64,000 nt of DNA from Octopus vulgaris (GCA_951406725.2 OX597825.1:43958001-44022000), one strand, 5' to 3'. Positions 49,576 to 62,927 are shown, counted from the stretch's first letter. Numbers and translations are program-made. The notes: generated by a model from the letters alone, not told the origin.

Positions 49576-50389
49576 TGATTTCTAAATAAGAGATACCATT
49601 AGGTGAGCATTTAAATTTGTTTTTTGTTCTGTAATGTAGATAAGACAAGTTTTTCTTGGATAGGATGTTGAACTTGCATGTAGCAGAAGAAATTGAACTC
49701 AGTTGTATTTAGTTTATTATGTATTGGCCATTTGCAAATGCTGGTGTTGTTGGTTAAAAGCTTTCAATGGATTAGTCACTGATTCACAAATCTCGGATGG
49801 TGGCAGTAACAAGAAAGTATCCCCATTATAATCAGTTTCTTACTGATGTTTATAGTCATTGTTTAATATACATAAGGACAAAAATTCACACATGCAACAA
49901 GATCAACTACAACACACATTTATGATGGGCTTCCACACTGGTTCGATATGTTTAAATCACTTGTAATGTATTAGTTGACCCAATACTGATAGAAGACATT
50001 TGCTCAATGTGCCCTGCACATTAAGCAAAGGGTAGAATTAGGTAGATGGAAACTTAAAACCCATTGTGTGTGTGTGTGTGCTGTTTTTGTTTTATACGTG
50101 CATTCTTTCCTGGTGTATTAAAACATCAGTTAGAAACTGAATAAAATGCTGACATCCCTTTGTTAATTTCACCATTTGAAATGTAATGAACTAGCTATTA
50201 GAAGTCTACAATCACTGGCTTCTAGGTTTGAGATCAAATCTTGAACCATGCTTGAACCATATAGTTCTAAAGCTTACTTGTAAACTAAACAACTATGCCT
50301 GCTCAAAGAAAGTTTAGAGCTTGAACCCTTGTGAAGAAATATATGTTGGCAGCATATTTCTGAAAGAATAAGCAAACAATTCCTTTTAC

Positions 50390-50700
50390 TTTTTACTTTT
50401 TGCTTGTTTCAATCAATGCACTGCAGCAACGTTTAGATTCTGTATTGAAGGATTTAATCAAACAAATTAACCTCAGTATTTTTTTTAAAGTCTGGTAATA
50501 ATTCTTTTGATATTTTGCACACACACACACACACACTCAACAGGCTTCCACACAGTTTCTGTCTTCCAAATTCACTCACAAGGCATTTATTGACTTTGTG
50601 CTATTCTAGAAGATGCTTGCCCAAGGCCCCATACTGTAGGACTGAAGCCAAAAATGCATGGTTGCAAAGCAAGCATCTTAACCACACAGCTATGCCTGTA
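50390..50700 (-). mobile_element. SINE family B, diverged
   Basis: Reverse tail tttacttttt..gcttgtttc; reverse head cttaaccacacagctatgcctg. Confidence 0.7.
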
Positions 50701-51304
50701 CCTGAATTTTACTTTGATACAAGCCAGACATTTTGTGGTCAATTTAATTGCCACCATTACATTATTGGTACTTACTGGTATTTATCGATTCTGAAAGTAC
50801 AAACTACAAAATCAACTCTAATGATATTAGATCAAAGAATATAAAAGGACATAAATAAATCTCTCACTCATTGTATCCAGCACACTATCAATTCTGCTGT
50901 CACATATATTGTTTTGAAATTAATCATTGTTGTGTTGAGTTGGCTAATTCTTCAGTTATATTTTTGATATTCCATGAAATCTGAAGAAGCCATTATATGA
51001 GAAAGTTATAAGAACAAATAAAGGGAAATGGTTCAGTTGGAAATTAAAACAATATCCAGATGCTTAACTCCCCATTACAATGCAGGTACAAGTATAATAA
51101 TAATTATTTCTAACAAAGGTACAAAGTCACATACCTTAGGGAAGGGAACTTAACTGTTACTTATTTTATTGACCCTACAAAGATGAAAGACAAAATTATC
51201 TATTACAGGATTTGAACTCAGAAAATGAAGGGATGTAATTAAATACCATTTGAATTTGTCCAGTGCACTACTGATATTGCCATTTATCATTTTTACTTAA
51301 ATGA

Positions 51305-51745
51305 CAATAATAATAATCCTTTCTTCTATAGGCACAAGGCCTGAAGTTTTTGTGGAGTGGGGAGGGCTGGTCAATTTCATTGACCCCAGTACTTGACTAG
51401 TACTTACTTTATTGACTTTGAAGAGATGGAAGACAAAGTTGACCTCAACAGAATTTGAATTCAGAACGTAAAGACAGGTGAAATGCTGCTAAGCATTTTG
51501 TCCAACATGCTAACAATTCTGCCAGCTTGCTGTCTTAATGACAATAATGATAATACTTTTTACTGAAATTTGGTGGGAGTCAATTAGATCAATCCCAGTA
51601 CACAGCTGGTACTTAATTTATCGACCCCAAAAGGATGAAAGGCAACGTTGACCTTGGCAGAATTTGAACTCAGAACATAGCGGCAGGCGAAATACCACTA
51701 AGCATTTCGTCCAGTGTGCTAACATTTCTGCCAGCTTGCCGCTTT
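51305..51745 (-). mobile_element. Two tandem SINE family A copies (a third, degenerate copy at ~51100-51290)
   Basis: Reverse complement of family A: ggtacttaatttatcgacccc..aaggatgaaaggc, atttgaactcagaac, ttctgccagcttgccgc. Confidence 0.85.
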
Positions 51746-53254
51746 AATGACAATAATGATAATGACTTCTTATAAGCAGTAAACTCAGAAATACACATTG
51801 TAGGGTTGGGGGAATCTGATTACACCAATTACTACCAATTCTGTAATTATTGCAACACCTAATATACAATGGTATGCAGGATGTCATACTCGCCACTTCC
51901 TTTTATGTAGCAGCTCTATTGCAGCTATTCTCAATGGATTCTACAAGCAATATGCCAGACCAAGATAGCAGCAAGCTGCTTTGCATTTACAACTGACTAT
52001 CAAGCCAAAAAATAAAAAACAAAAAAATTAGCTTCCGGTTTTCACGCCCAGTAGAAATTTTGAGTTGAACTTTTTTTTTGTTTAGTTTAGTTTGGCTAAG
52101 TGCCATCCTCTCTAAAAATTCTTCTTCTCATTCTTTGGGATTTGGAATATGACCAAACTTATCTCGCCATGTTATCTATAAGTATTAATAATTATGAGCT
52201 TAGTTTTTTCTTCTAACAACACTCAAGTGTGTGTTGAAATTAATAATAATGAAACCAGTGATCAATAAATTATTAGAATTACATGGTTTTCATAATTCTG
52301 TTCAATTACATGAAATTCCTTTCTTCAGTAGGTAATATATATCATTCACCTGTGGCAGTGGGTGAGTATATTCTTAATGGCAACTTTTAGTTACTCACTT
52401 CTAGGCTTCATCACTAATTCACAAACACTTTTAGGCTTCATCACTAAATTGAATGTGGCTTTTTAGCAATGATGGCCCAGTCTTCAGTTACATTTCAAGA
52501 TAAAATAATTGAAATTTGATTCATTAAAAAAGAATTACATCAAAATATGTGAGGTCAAAAAGAGGAAGGCAAAAAAATGACTTTGCTTCAACATATCTGT
52601 TATTTTTTAAATAAATGTATGGATTAATTGAGTTTAGAAGAATATGTTCATTGAGAAGAATCTTTCTGGTGAAAATCTCATGAAAAATGTATTTGCTAGG
52701 AAAACTAGTGTGGCTTTAAGTGCAAAAAAAAAAACAAAAAAAAATCAGTAAATAACCTCCAAAATTGACTCTGAATCAAAATATCTCAGCTATTGAAAAA
52801 GGAAACTATACAATAGTTGTCTTCAAATGAGTTCTATGAGATAAATCTTATGGTGAAGACCTATCAAAACCTATTAATCGCAAAAGAAGTGGTATGGCTG
52901 TAAGTCATGGAAAAATAAAAGGTGATCAATTTAACAGATGAAAATATTTTTCTCTTTTTAAGGTGTTTAGCATCTGATGTCATGGGTTGCTTAGCTTAAT
53001 AGTACAGAGCACTTAACTGGAGTTTGAAAACTACAGGGTTCAGTCTTCTGTAGCACCCTACTAGCCACTTTCCCCCATCCCCCACCATTTTTGAAGGGTA
53101 TTTAGCCAATCTTCTAAACTGTTTTCACAGCTATACTGCATTCAGAATATACTGAATCTTATGGTGAAAATTTTGTCAAAATATATTTGCTACAAGAAAA
53201 GATATGCATCTTTAAGTGACAAAAAAAAAGGGTGCTAATTTTAAGAAATTAAGA

Positions 53255-54551
53255 TACCATTAAAACCCATGTAATTTACGCACTTTTTTTACAAAATTAA
53301 AAATAAACCTTAGTGGAAGTGTAAATTACATAAGTAGATCATATCTAGAATTGTTTTGAAATTTCTTTTGTTGAAAAAGGATGTACAAAACATAAACATT
53401 CGTATCAGAAGTTGACTCATTTAATGGGTTTTAACAGAAAGTTGACTCATTTAATAGGTTTTAACCAATAAAAATAATGGCTTAAATATAAGGAAGTTGA
53501 CTTTTATTTATGCTGGATGGTATAATGCTTACTTTTCCTGTATAAATTTACTAAAACCATTAAACGGTTAACTACTTTTTGAAGTCTGACGTTCCTGCTG
53601 GTAAATATAGTCCAGGCCACCTTTTACATTGTTTTGGAGTTTCTACCTATCACAATGGAGCACCATTGACATACATAGTGATATGGAAATTCCTGACTAA
53701 GAAAAATGAAATAATATGGATAATCTTCATTGTATATTTTCTATTTTTGTCTGTTTATTACTAGGCACAGTTTTAAGTTTGTCATCCTGTTTATGCCAAT
53801 TTCAAACATTGGCTTCATTAACATTAAAATGCCTTCTGGCCACATTCAAATGTATATTCAACATTTTTAATTTCTCCTTCACAGTAAATGATTCATAAGT
53901 TCTACCTATACTGACAATAATGGTAATGACAAATTTTTAAGGTTTCTTCACATTTTATAAGTGTGAAAGGATCAAAATTTCGATACTCTATATCAAAGGT
54001 TCTGACAAGAATAGGCAGAAAAGAATTCTGTTTACATAATAGGTTTGATCGGTCACCTTCCTCTGTCGGTCTAGTAAAGTGTCATCCAAGTTGATGTTTA
54101 TTGGTAATTAAATTTAGTTTGCAACACTTATGCATATTTATCAGCTTTGTTTTTGTTGGTAATTCTTATCAACAACCTTTCTTGTGATCATGATTTGAGA
54201 AGACATATAGCAGTATGCTAAAGATCGGACATAATCTCTTGTGGGCAAGAAATATAAAATAAAGTTTGTTATGAACAACACAAACACTTGGTAATTTAAT
54301 TGCTTTCAGTGTGATGATACCTGTTAAACAGAAATTATTTTTATTTAATGAAAATTTCATAAAATCTAATTATAAGTGAAATTATGCTAAATTTAACTAA
54401 ATTGAAAACCTTTTCCCCCTGGCTATACTGGCATTTCTGAAAACTTTTGGGTGTTAATTTTACATGAGTAGAAGCCTTTTTAACAAATTTTATCCTGAAA
54501 ATCACCTGTGTAAATTACACAGGTGCACAAATTACATGTGTTTTTACACTA
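53255..54551 (-). mobile_element. Old pogo/Tigger-like DNA transposon
   Basis: Degenerate TIRs TAccattaaaacccatgtaatttacgcac / gtgcacaaattacatgtgtttttacacTA (22/29 match); minus-strand HTH relic ESFTVKEKLK...ARRHFNVNEANV*NWHKQ at ~53740-53905. Confidence 0.65.
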
Positions 54552-54963
54552 TTTTTAACTTTTTAAGAGAAAGATAGCATAATTTGAACTCAAATTAAAG
54601 CATTCATAGAGAAAACCCCATCTAAAAATATTAAGCATAAAAAATTTTTGTTTTTTTATTTGATTACTTATTAATTTTTATTGTTCTGTTTATGTATTAA
54701 AATATGTACTTATTTAAAACATATTAAAATAAAAAATTTCACTCATTAAAAAAAATAATTATTAATCAATGAGAATATAAAATTATTTTATTATAAAAAT
54801 TGCTTAAAGATATATTTATTTGTAACAGGTATGCTGCTGTTAATCCTTTGTTATTTTTAGGTGCAAACAAAATTTCCCAGTTTGAACAAAATCTATATTT
54901 TAAAAATATTTACAAAAGTATAATTTTTTTCAATTATAAAGGTAAATATAATTAATTATAATG

Positions 54964-55696
54964 ATAGAGGTATTTCGTGTTGCAAGACAGTATGTGAGAG
55001 AGAATCGTGATGTGGTAGGAGAGAAATGTGTCCGCATGGATGATGGTTCACTTGCGCTAAATGAGGATGCAAAGAGAGCGGTTTGGAGATGCCACTATGA
55101 AAGGTTGCTGAATAAAGAAAATGAATGGGATAAAGAGAGTCTGCCAAATGTCAACCCAACAGAGGGACCAGCCATCCAAGTTGACAGTTCCAAGGTAGTT
55201 AAGGCAATTAGAAGCATGAAGACAGGGAAAGCCCCAGGCCCATCAGGAATTACTGCAGAGATGCTCAAAATATCTGGCAGTGTCGGCTATAACCTAGTCA
55301 CCCATATAGTTAACCAGGTGATACACGAAGGAGTCATACCCAATGACTGGTGTAGCAGCATACTAGTCAACTGCTACAAAGGTAAAGGAGACACCCTAGA
55401 TACAAATAATTACAGAGGTATCAAGCTGTTGGATCAGGTAATGAAGGTTACAGAGAGGGTCATAGCCCAACTGATTAGGGAGAGAGTCAACTTGGACGAG
55501 ATGCTGTTTGGTTTCATGCCAGGGAAAAGCACCACTGATGCCATATTTCTGGTGAGACAGCTGCAGGTGAAATACCTAGCCAAAGATAAGCCCCTGTACC
55601 TGGCTTTCGTTGACATGGAGAAAGCCTTTGACAGGGTCCCCCAATCCCTTATCTGGTGGTCAATGAGGAAACTAGGGATAGATGAATGGCTGGTGA
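54964..55696 (+). mobile_element. RTE family A internal fragment (N-terminal half of RT)
   Basis: EVFRVARQ...MKTGKAPGPSGITAEMLK...YKGKGD...NYRGIKLL...FVDMEKAFDRVP; overlaps the 41.5-42.4 kb copy. Confidence 0.93.
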
Positions 55697-56092
55697 GTAG
55701 AATGCATCGGGTCATGCCAGGTCCAGTTTTTAAAATTTAAACTCCAATTAAGCAAAATTTACAGAAAACTCACATTCTGGTGTGTATGTCAAATGCTTTT
55801 CTTAGTCTGGTTTACAGCACACGCAAACGCACACACACAGTGTGCAACGAATAAACTGAAACTAATTCACTGTCTGTGTGTTGACAGGTAGACAATAGAA
55901 TGCGATGGCGATGTAATATTTGTTTCTGTCTATCACGCTGATAGATACGAGTAAAATGTATGGCAAGCTAAGAGATAAGTGTGAGTGAAAATGTTCTTGG
56001 AAGAGAGTAAATAGCGACAGAGTGATTTGAGGAAGACTAAACTGAAAGTATGAAACAGTGTTTATGTATAAACAGACGACACTTATATATAG
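55697..56092 (-). mobile_element. Probable Helitron-like non-autonomous repeat truncating the RTE fragment
   Basis: Imperfect GC hairpin (atcgggtcatgccaggt) at one end; reverse-strand ctatatataagtgtcgtctgtt at the other. Confidence 0.4.
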
Positions 56093-56108
56093 TTATGTAT
56101 GCATCCGT

Positions 56109-56438
56109 TTAACCCTTTCGTTACCAAACCGCCCGAATTTACCTATTCATATTTAAATGAGAATATCAGAGTAAATCTCTTTAGTACATTCGTGAAAACA
56201 CGTATTATACTTCGTAAACACTTCAAATACAGTTTTGTACAAAAATCGAAGTGTAATTTTAATTCCGTGAATTATGGGAGATTTTTTTCCGAAATTTGTT
56301 CCTATTGTGTTTTCAAAATTTGTAATTCTGACAAAAAATGGATTCGAATTTCATTATATCAAGCAGCGAGTCAGAATTCGAAGGATTTTCTACTGAAGAC
56401 CTTCATAAATCTAACTCTATGACTGAAAAAAAAAAGCA
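56109..56438 (+). mobile_element. piggyBac-like element 5' end
   Basis: TTAA|CCCTTT terminus; acidic ORF start MDSNFIISSSESEFEGFSTED; CpG-rich; truncated by a Helitron. Confidence 0.6.
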
Positions 56439-56836
56439 TCTTTATATAAGAGTGAAGTTGTGTGTCTGTCTCCTACGATTTAGATTCGTAACTACTCCCA
56501 CATTTTGCGGTGCAGTTTAACCAAAAGCGGGTATCTTATAGTCGTGATTCATATCGAGCCCTTCTGGGTATTAGCGCGCGTCTACGATGAGTCTACGATT
56601 TAAAAAAAATTTACCATCATATTTTTCCATTTTAATGCATTTTTTTCGCTTTTATATAAGGGAAGTAACTCTCTAAAAATATCTACGATGTGTCAACGAT
56701 TTAAAAAAAAAATTTACCTTAATTTTTTTTCAATTTTTAATGCACTTTTTTTTGCTATTTTTTGGCTATAACTCTCTAAAAATGCTTATATAGTTATTTC
56801 CCTTACAACCCGAGCAACGCCGGGCGATACTGCTAG
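56439..56836 (+). mobile_element. Non-autonomous Helitron (different 5' half, same 3' end as the 44010 copy)
   Basis: A|TC start; cccgagcaacgccgggcgatactgCTAG|T end. Confidence 0.85.
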
Positions 56837-57450
56837 TGTTTACTAATTTATATTATTTATTTATATCATTATGTAAATGTATATATATTTTTATATGTAT
56901 AAGAGTGTGAGTATATGCACTCATATGTATATGTATATGTTGTATTGTGGGTATGCACCCACACCCATGTGGGTATATATGTAGACTGAGTTATATTACA
57001 TAATCTCCGAAGAAGCCTTATGATATTTTTGTAAATGTCTCATTTATATCTATATATTGACCAACCATAAAGGGCTAATATTGGTAAAATGAGACATACT
57101 TATCTACATGGCCAAAACAGCTGTAAGATGTAACCTATACTTATATTTATATTTACTTATATTTATATTCTCTTTTATATATATTCTACTTATTATACTA
57201 CATTACTCTTTTATGTACACTTTTTTATGTACATTCCTTTATGTACACTGATTTGTTCTGCTTTTTATATTTAACCCTACAGTCTCTTATGTGGTGGTTT
57301 AACAAAGTATTTGATTGAGTATTATCTGGTAATTGATATTTGATTTAGATGTATTTCTCCATTTTCTTATCTTGTATTAGTAATTTGTGGTAAATCATTT
57401 TACCTTTGCCCATATAATACAGTAAATGAATTGATTGCATCGCAATCCTT
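56837..57450 (+). mobile_element. Hammerhead-bearing pLTR-like repeat, copy 2
   Basis: Matches 43377-43884; core CCGAAGA at 57007, but GAAA changed to AAAA at 57114. Confidence 0.75.
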
Positions 57451-57956
57451 AACATTTATGTATTAACTTTGTTGGGTACTTCACTAGCAGTATATATATG
57501 TTATCCCATGGAGGGTTGCATTTACAACCCCTATCTCAATTTGTATTTATATATATATATAGAGAGAGATTAGAGACAGGTATTCTCTGTATAGAATACA
57601 CTTTGTAGTGCTCAAGAGATTTGAATTTGAGAAGGTAGAGGAGTAAATGTAAGGACAAGCAAGTTAGGTAAGTCAATTTTGTACATATGTACATTTTTTT
57701 GTATTAAATGTATTTAATATTTTCATAAAATTGACTTACCTAACTTGCTTGTCCTTACATTTACTCCTCTACCTTCTCAAATTCAAATCTCTTGAGCACT
57801 ACAAAGTGTATTCTATACAGAGAATACCTGTCTCTAATCTCTCTCTCTATATATATATAAATACAAATTGAGATAGGGGTTGTAAATGCAACCCTCCATG
57901 GGATAACATATATATACTGCTAGTGAAGTACCCAACAAAGTTAATACATAAATGTT
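57451..57956. repeat. Long palindrome: 230-bp arms, 46-bp spacer
   Basis: 57451-57680 is the reverse complement of 57727-57956, with one difference seen in the (AT)n(AG)n tract. Confidence 0.97.
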
Positions 57957-57994
57957 TACGTATAAAAAAGTTTGAATTACACAGAATAGAAATG

Positions 57995-58580
57995 ATATCA
58001 GGAATTAAAGATGAATAAGAGTGGAATATCAGGAATTAAAGATGAATAAGAGTGGAATATCAGGAATTAAAGATGAATAAGAGTGGAATATCAGGAATTA
58101 AAGATGAATAAGAGTGGAATATCAGGAATTAAAGATGGATAAGAGTGGAATATCAGGAATTAAAGATGAATAAGAGTGGAATATCAGGAATTAAAGATGA
58201 ATAAGAGTGGAATATCAGTAATTAAAGATGAATAAGAGTGGAATATCAGTAATTAAAGATGAATAAGAGTGGAATACCAGGAATTAAAGATGAATAAGAG
58301 TGGAATATCAGGAATTAAAGATGAATAAGAGTGGAATATCAGGAATTAAAGATGAATAAGAGTGGAATATCAGGAATTAAAGATGAATAAGAGTGGAATA
58401 TCAGGAATTAAAGATGAATAAGAGTGGAATATCAGGAATCAAAGATGAATAAGAGTGGAATATCAGGAATTAAAGATGAATAAGAGTGGAATATCAGGAA
58501 TTAAAGATGAATAAGAGTGGAATATCAGGAATTAAAGATGAATAAGAGTGGAATATCAGGAATTAAAGATGAATAGGAGT
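57995..58580 (+). repeat. 31-bp minisatellite, ~19 copies
   Basis: Unit atcaggaattaaagatgaataagagtggaat, period 31 (57997, 58028...), few substitutions, no spacers. Confidence 0.97.
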
Positions 58581-60399
58581 TTTACAAGTCCAGCAGCTGT
58601 TTCTGGAGGCTTGGTGATCCAAAATAATGTTTGTAACTTGATTCCATCATCAGATAACACTAGTCTTTGTCTTCAGGGAAGAATTTTACATTTGAGGTGT
58701 TGACAGAATGGAGTTTAAAGATGGAATGATTTTGTGTATTAGAAAGAAGAGTTGGGGGTGTTTAGATAGAGAGTAGTAGGAGGAGAAAATAGATTTTGGG
58801 GTTAGGGTTAATAATGAGGCTAATGACAGTAGTAGAGGTAGAAGGTTAGAGGAAGAGGGAAGGGTGGTTTAGGTAGTATGTGAGTGATAACCTTTGTGTT
58901 AGTTTGTATGAAGGCTATAGAGTTAAAGGTTGAGATAGTGAAAGGGCATGGCTATTTTCTGAGGGAAACAAGCTGACTGGTCCTCCCCCCACTACTCTCT
59001 ATCTACCCCCACACACACACACACAACTCCTCTTTTTAACCCCAGAATCATGTGGTTGGGAAGCAAGTTTAACTTTTCTAACATGGAAGAGCCCCAAAAT
59101 TGATTTTCAAAGCTTGAATGCAATAAAAAGTTTTATAGGAAACATTTTATGCAACTGAAAGAACATTGTTTATTCAGTATAATGCATGAAATTTGATGCA
59201 TTTTATATGACACTCTCTTCACAAAAATGACAAATCATTGTTGCGATTAAATTTAGCTACTTCTGAAAATTTCTTAAATCATGTAATACTCATTGACTGT
59301 TGAATATGACAACTGAACTCATGTGGAAGATACTGTACTAGCAACTATAGGAAGATCTTTAGATGGAATCAAATGAAGGAAAAGAAATTTACTTTTATTT
59401 AATGTTTATGTTTTCTCTTTCCTTCTGTCTTTTTCTCTTTTTTTTTTTGTTTCTTCCTTCTACTCCTTTTTTCCCAAAGAAACAGAATTTTTTTTAGTGC
59501 AAATATAAAGAATAGACACACACACAAACAGACAGAAATGTATGTACATATGCTAATTAGATATGTTTATTTCTTAATTCAGTCATTTGTTTTGTCTGTT
59601 TTCCCATGCTGATGACTAAAATCACAGGAGCTTGAGAGGTGAATGGCAAATGGTTAGAGGTGGGGATAGAAGGAGATGCAGTGAGTAGTGAACACAGCTG
59701 GAGGCATGGTCAATCATGAATATCAGTTGGAGGGGAAGGTGGATAAAGTATGTATTTGTCAGGGAGGTAAAAAGATGGCAGCAAAGATGATGTGATGTGT
59801 GTGGGGTGCAAGAGAGAGATGCATTGAGGGACAGTGTCAGAGATACATATGGGTGGAAATGGTGAGGGACAAGCAGTTGGAGGTGCGCTGCAGCTGGCAG
59901 AATGAGGGTGTGAACAGGTAAAGAGGGTGAAAGAGACTTTCATTAGAAAATAAGGTAGGAAGAGATGATACTGAGAATGAGTGAGAAAAAGGAAATGATT
60001 CCAGAGAGAATGAATAATAGGGGAATGAAATGTATGTAGTTCCACTCTCATAATTACAACAGCTGAGTGAGTTGTGCATTAGTCAGAAGAGTGACAGAGG
60101 AGTTGGGGTTAGGAAGATGGGATGTAGGAAAATGGATGTAAAAGGGATTGTCATCAGGGACAGATTTGCTGCAGGGGCATAGACATAAGCAATATGCTTT
60201 TAGGGCCTCTGCTTTGCTTAAATGAATGCGAATGTCAAACCCTAAATCTCATCATGGTTCAAGAATGGCTGACTGAGAATTCTCATGATCATATGATTTC
60301 TAATGTGTGACATGAAAACATGGAATTCTGCATTTGGGGCAAGTGAAGGAAGTGATAAGTAGCCTTAGTTCTAAATATTTGTTGGAGATGTGGTCAAGG

Positions 60400-60710
60400 G
60401 TATAGCGGGCAACATTGTTGATCACCTTCCCTATTCTCCTGATTTAACTCCATCTGACTATCATCTACTCCCCAGCAAGAAAAAAAACACTTGGTTGGGA
60501 ATCAGTTTCGCAGTGATGATGATCAGTTGTTGATGACTTTTTTGACTAACAGGATGAAAGCTTCTTTGCCAAAGGAATTCTAGCACTGCAACACAGACGA
60601 AAAATGTGTGTGGGCTGCCAGGCTGATTCTGTTGAAATATAATCCTTACTTGGTTACATTCCATGACAGTAACTTGGTCAACCTATGTCCTTTTCAGCCA
60701 ACCCTTGTAC
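60400..60710 (+). mobile_element. mariner relic, 3' end
   Basis: gatcaccttccctattctcctgatttaactccatctgactatcatcta (DHLPYSPDLTPSDYHL); end cttttcagccaacccttgTA. Confidence 0.8.
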
Positions 60711-62296
60711 CTTAAGTTTAAAAATGAAAACAAAAAACAAAACAAAAAAAAAACAAAAGCAAAACTATGGCAGGGACAATTATAAAAACAATGCAAAAGA
60801 ATGTTCACTTCATAAATTCCTTATATTTTGGGCTGCACACTCATCTACAGATGAAAACAGTTTAAGAAATATCCTTGAGGGTAACATCAGTGGTTTGTCT
60901 TTGGTTGCTATACTGATTGCACCAGCATTGGCCACAGCAATTTTTTTTCACTTTGTAGAAGCTTTCCATTAAATTCTTGTTTCATACATTATAATGCTTC
61001 CAACAAACTACTACATTCTCCTAATGAAATATCACTGGGTCAGATATACAAAGTAAAAGACTTGTTAGTAGCAGATATTATTGTTAAGTGGTTATTGCCT
61101 CCCTCTTTATTATCTGTTAGTAGATTCTTTGATGTATGTGTGCATGCATGTGTGTGTTTATGTATTTATATATATTACATGGAAAAATGCAAGCAAGAGA
61201 AATAATATTCTTAAGATTATAAACCTGGAAAACCACAGGACAAGTTATTATGCTTGGAAAAGTTCAAGACAAGTTATTACATCTGGTAAAGTACAGAACA
61301 AGAAAATGTTTACTTTTCGAAGTGTAATAACTTGTCCTGTGCATTTCCAGGCTTATAATCTTATGAATATTATTTCTCTTGCTCGCATTTTTCCATGTAA
61401 TCCATGTTTTTTCTAGGCTATACTATCATGCTAATTAATGTGTTAAACGTGTTGTTGATATTTTTTCCTTACCTCAATGATGCCAGTGACATATATTGAA
61501 TTCCCCTTATAGACCTATGTTCATTAAAAAGTATAAAACTATATTATCAACCTCAAATTTGAGAAACAAACACTCATAACATTTTTCTTTTAAAACTTCA
61601 TTGCATGAGATTGATACCATGAAATTCCTGAAATTGAGCTCTATCATTTAAGCTTAATTAAAAATAGCTTGTTTTTAAAATAAAAAAGTTAATTATACTT
61701 AAATCCAGTTTTTTGCTCTTTTGTTTTTCATGATATTTTACCTCACAACTTTTTCAATACCAATTTTTGTTACATGGGACCATAACTATGAAATTCTTTA
61801 TGCTTTCTTCTACCATTGAAGCTAAGAGAAGTATATTTTGATGTAAACTTTTTTCTACAGGACCAAATCTTAATTTTTTATGTCAATGATTTTTAATTTG
61901 GTTAAGAACTGAATTAGTGACAAGTTCTGAAAGATGCTACATGTGAGTAAATTGCGGTCTTAAGAATATCATTCAACTACTACCATAGTTATGGTATGAT
62001 ATGTACAACACGCATAATATTCTACAATATAAAGCATTATGCATACATGCACACTACTCACACACACACATACACACACACATGCTTGATACAAACAGAA
62101 AAATAGAACTCAAAATATGAGTATAGATTTTATTGATAATTAGTAGCAGTTGCAGAGTAACTTATGAGCCAAGAGTTTTGTGCATTGATAAATGCCGAAC
62201 ACACCAAACTCTCAGCCGTTGAGTCACTCTGTAACTTAACTTAACCAATTATTAATAATATATTAATAATATTACGCACACACACACATATATACA

Positions 62297-62343
<47 letters not shown>

Positions 62344-62344
62344 G

Positions 62345-62923
62345 ACAGGGTCGCCCCAAAGTAGGTTTACAGATATTCCGCTATCTCTTTCACATTCATA
62401 TATTAACAGTTTAGATCTTAATTATAAAAAAAAACATGAAACCATTATTCTATGCTAATTTAGTTAATTTTGTCAAGCTCCCTTTTCAGCTGACAGTAAG
62501 AGACTACTTTAATCAAGCCTTTCCATAGCTTTAGTTTGCAAGACAGGGCAGCATTGAATGGCTACCATGTTCACATGACCTGACACCGGTCGGTTTCTTT
62601 TTTTTGGAATGTTGTAAAGCACAAGGTTTATGAGAAGAAACCCAAAACAGTAAATGAATTAAAAGATTACATTTTTGATGCATTTGCTGAAATTGATGGA
62701 TATCAGAATTTGTGCTGCACTGAGTGTCAGAGTGTTTGGAAGAGGTTTGAAGTATGTTGCAATGTTGAATGAGGACATTTTGAGTATCTGAGAGATTAAA
62801 CATTGTCTGTTTCAGATGTGCATAAACAATATGATTGTAAGATAGGAATTTAAATGTAATAGAATATTTTAAAAGAAATTTAAAGTGCCTATGTGATAAC
62901 TGTAAACCTACTTTTGGGCCACC

Positions 62924-62927
<4 letters not shown>
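62345..62927 (+). mobile_element. Internally deleted Tc1/mariner-superfamily element with both TIRs
   Basis: 32-bp TIRs acagggtcgccccaaagtaggtttacagatat / ataactgtaaacctacttttgggccaccctgt (3 mismatches); internal EWLPCSHDLTPVGFF resembles WPPRSPDLTPxDFF. Confidence 0.88.

Noticed and set aside
53405-53465. ~30-bp direct duplication (also a 16-bp one at ~52401-52447)
   Set aside because: Ordinary local slippage duplications with no further structure
57995-58580. 31-bp repeats as a CRISPR array
   Set aside because: Units are contiguous with no unique spacers, there are no cas genes, and the context is eukaryotic
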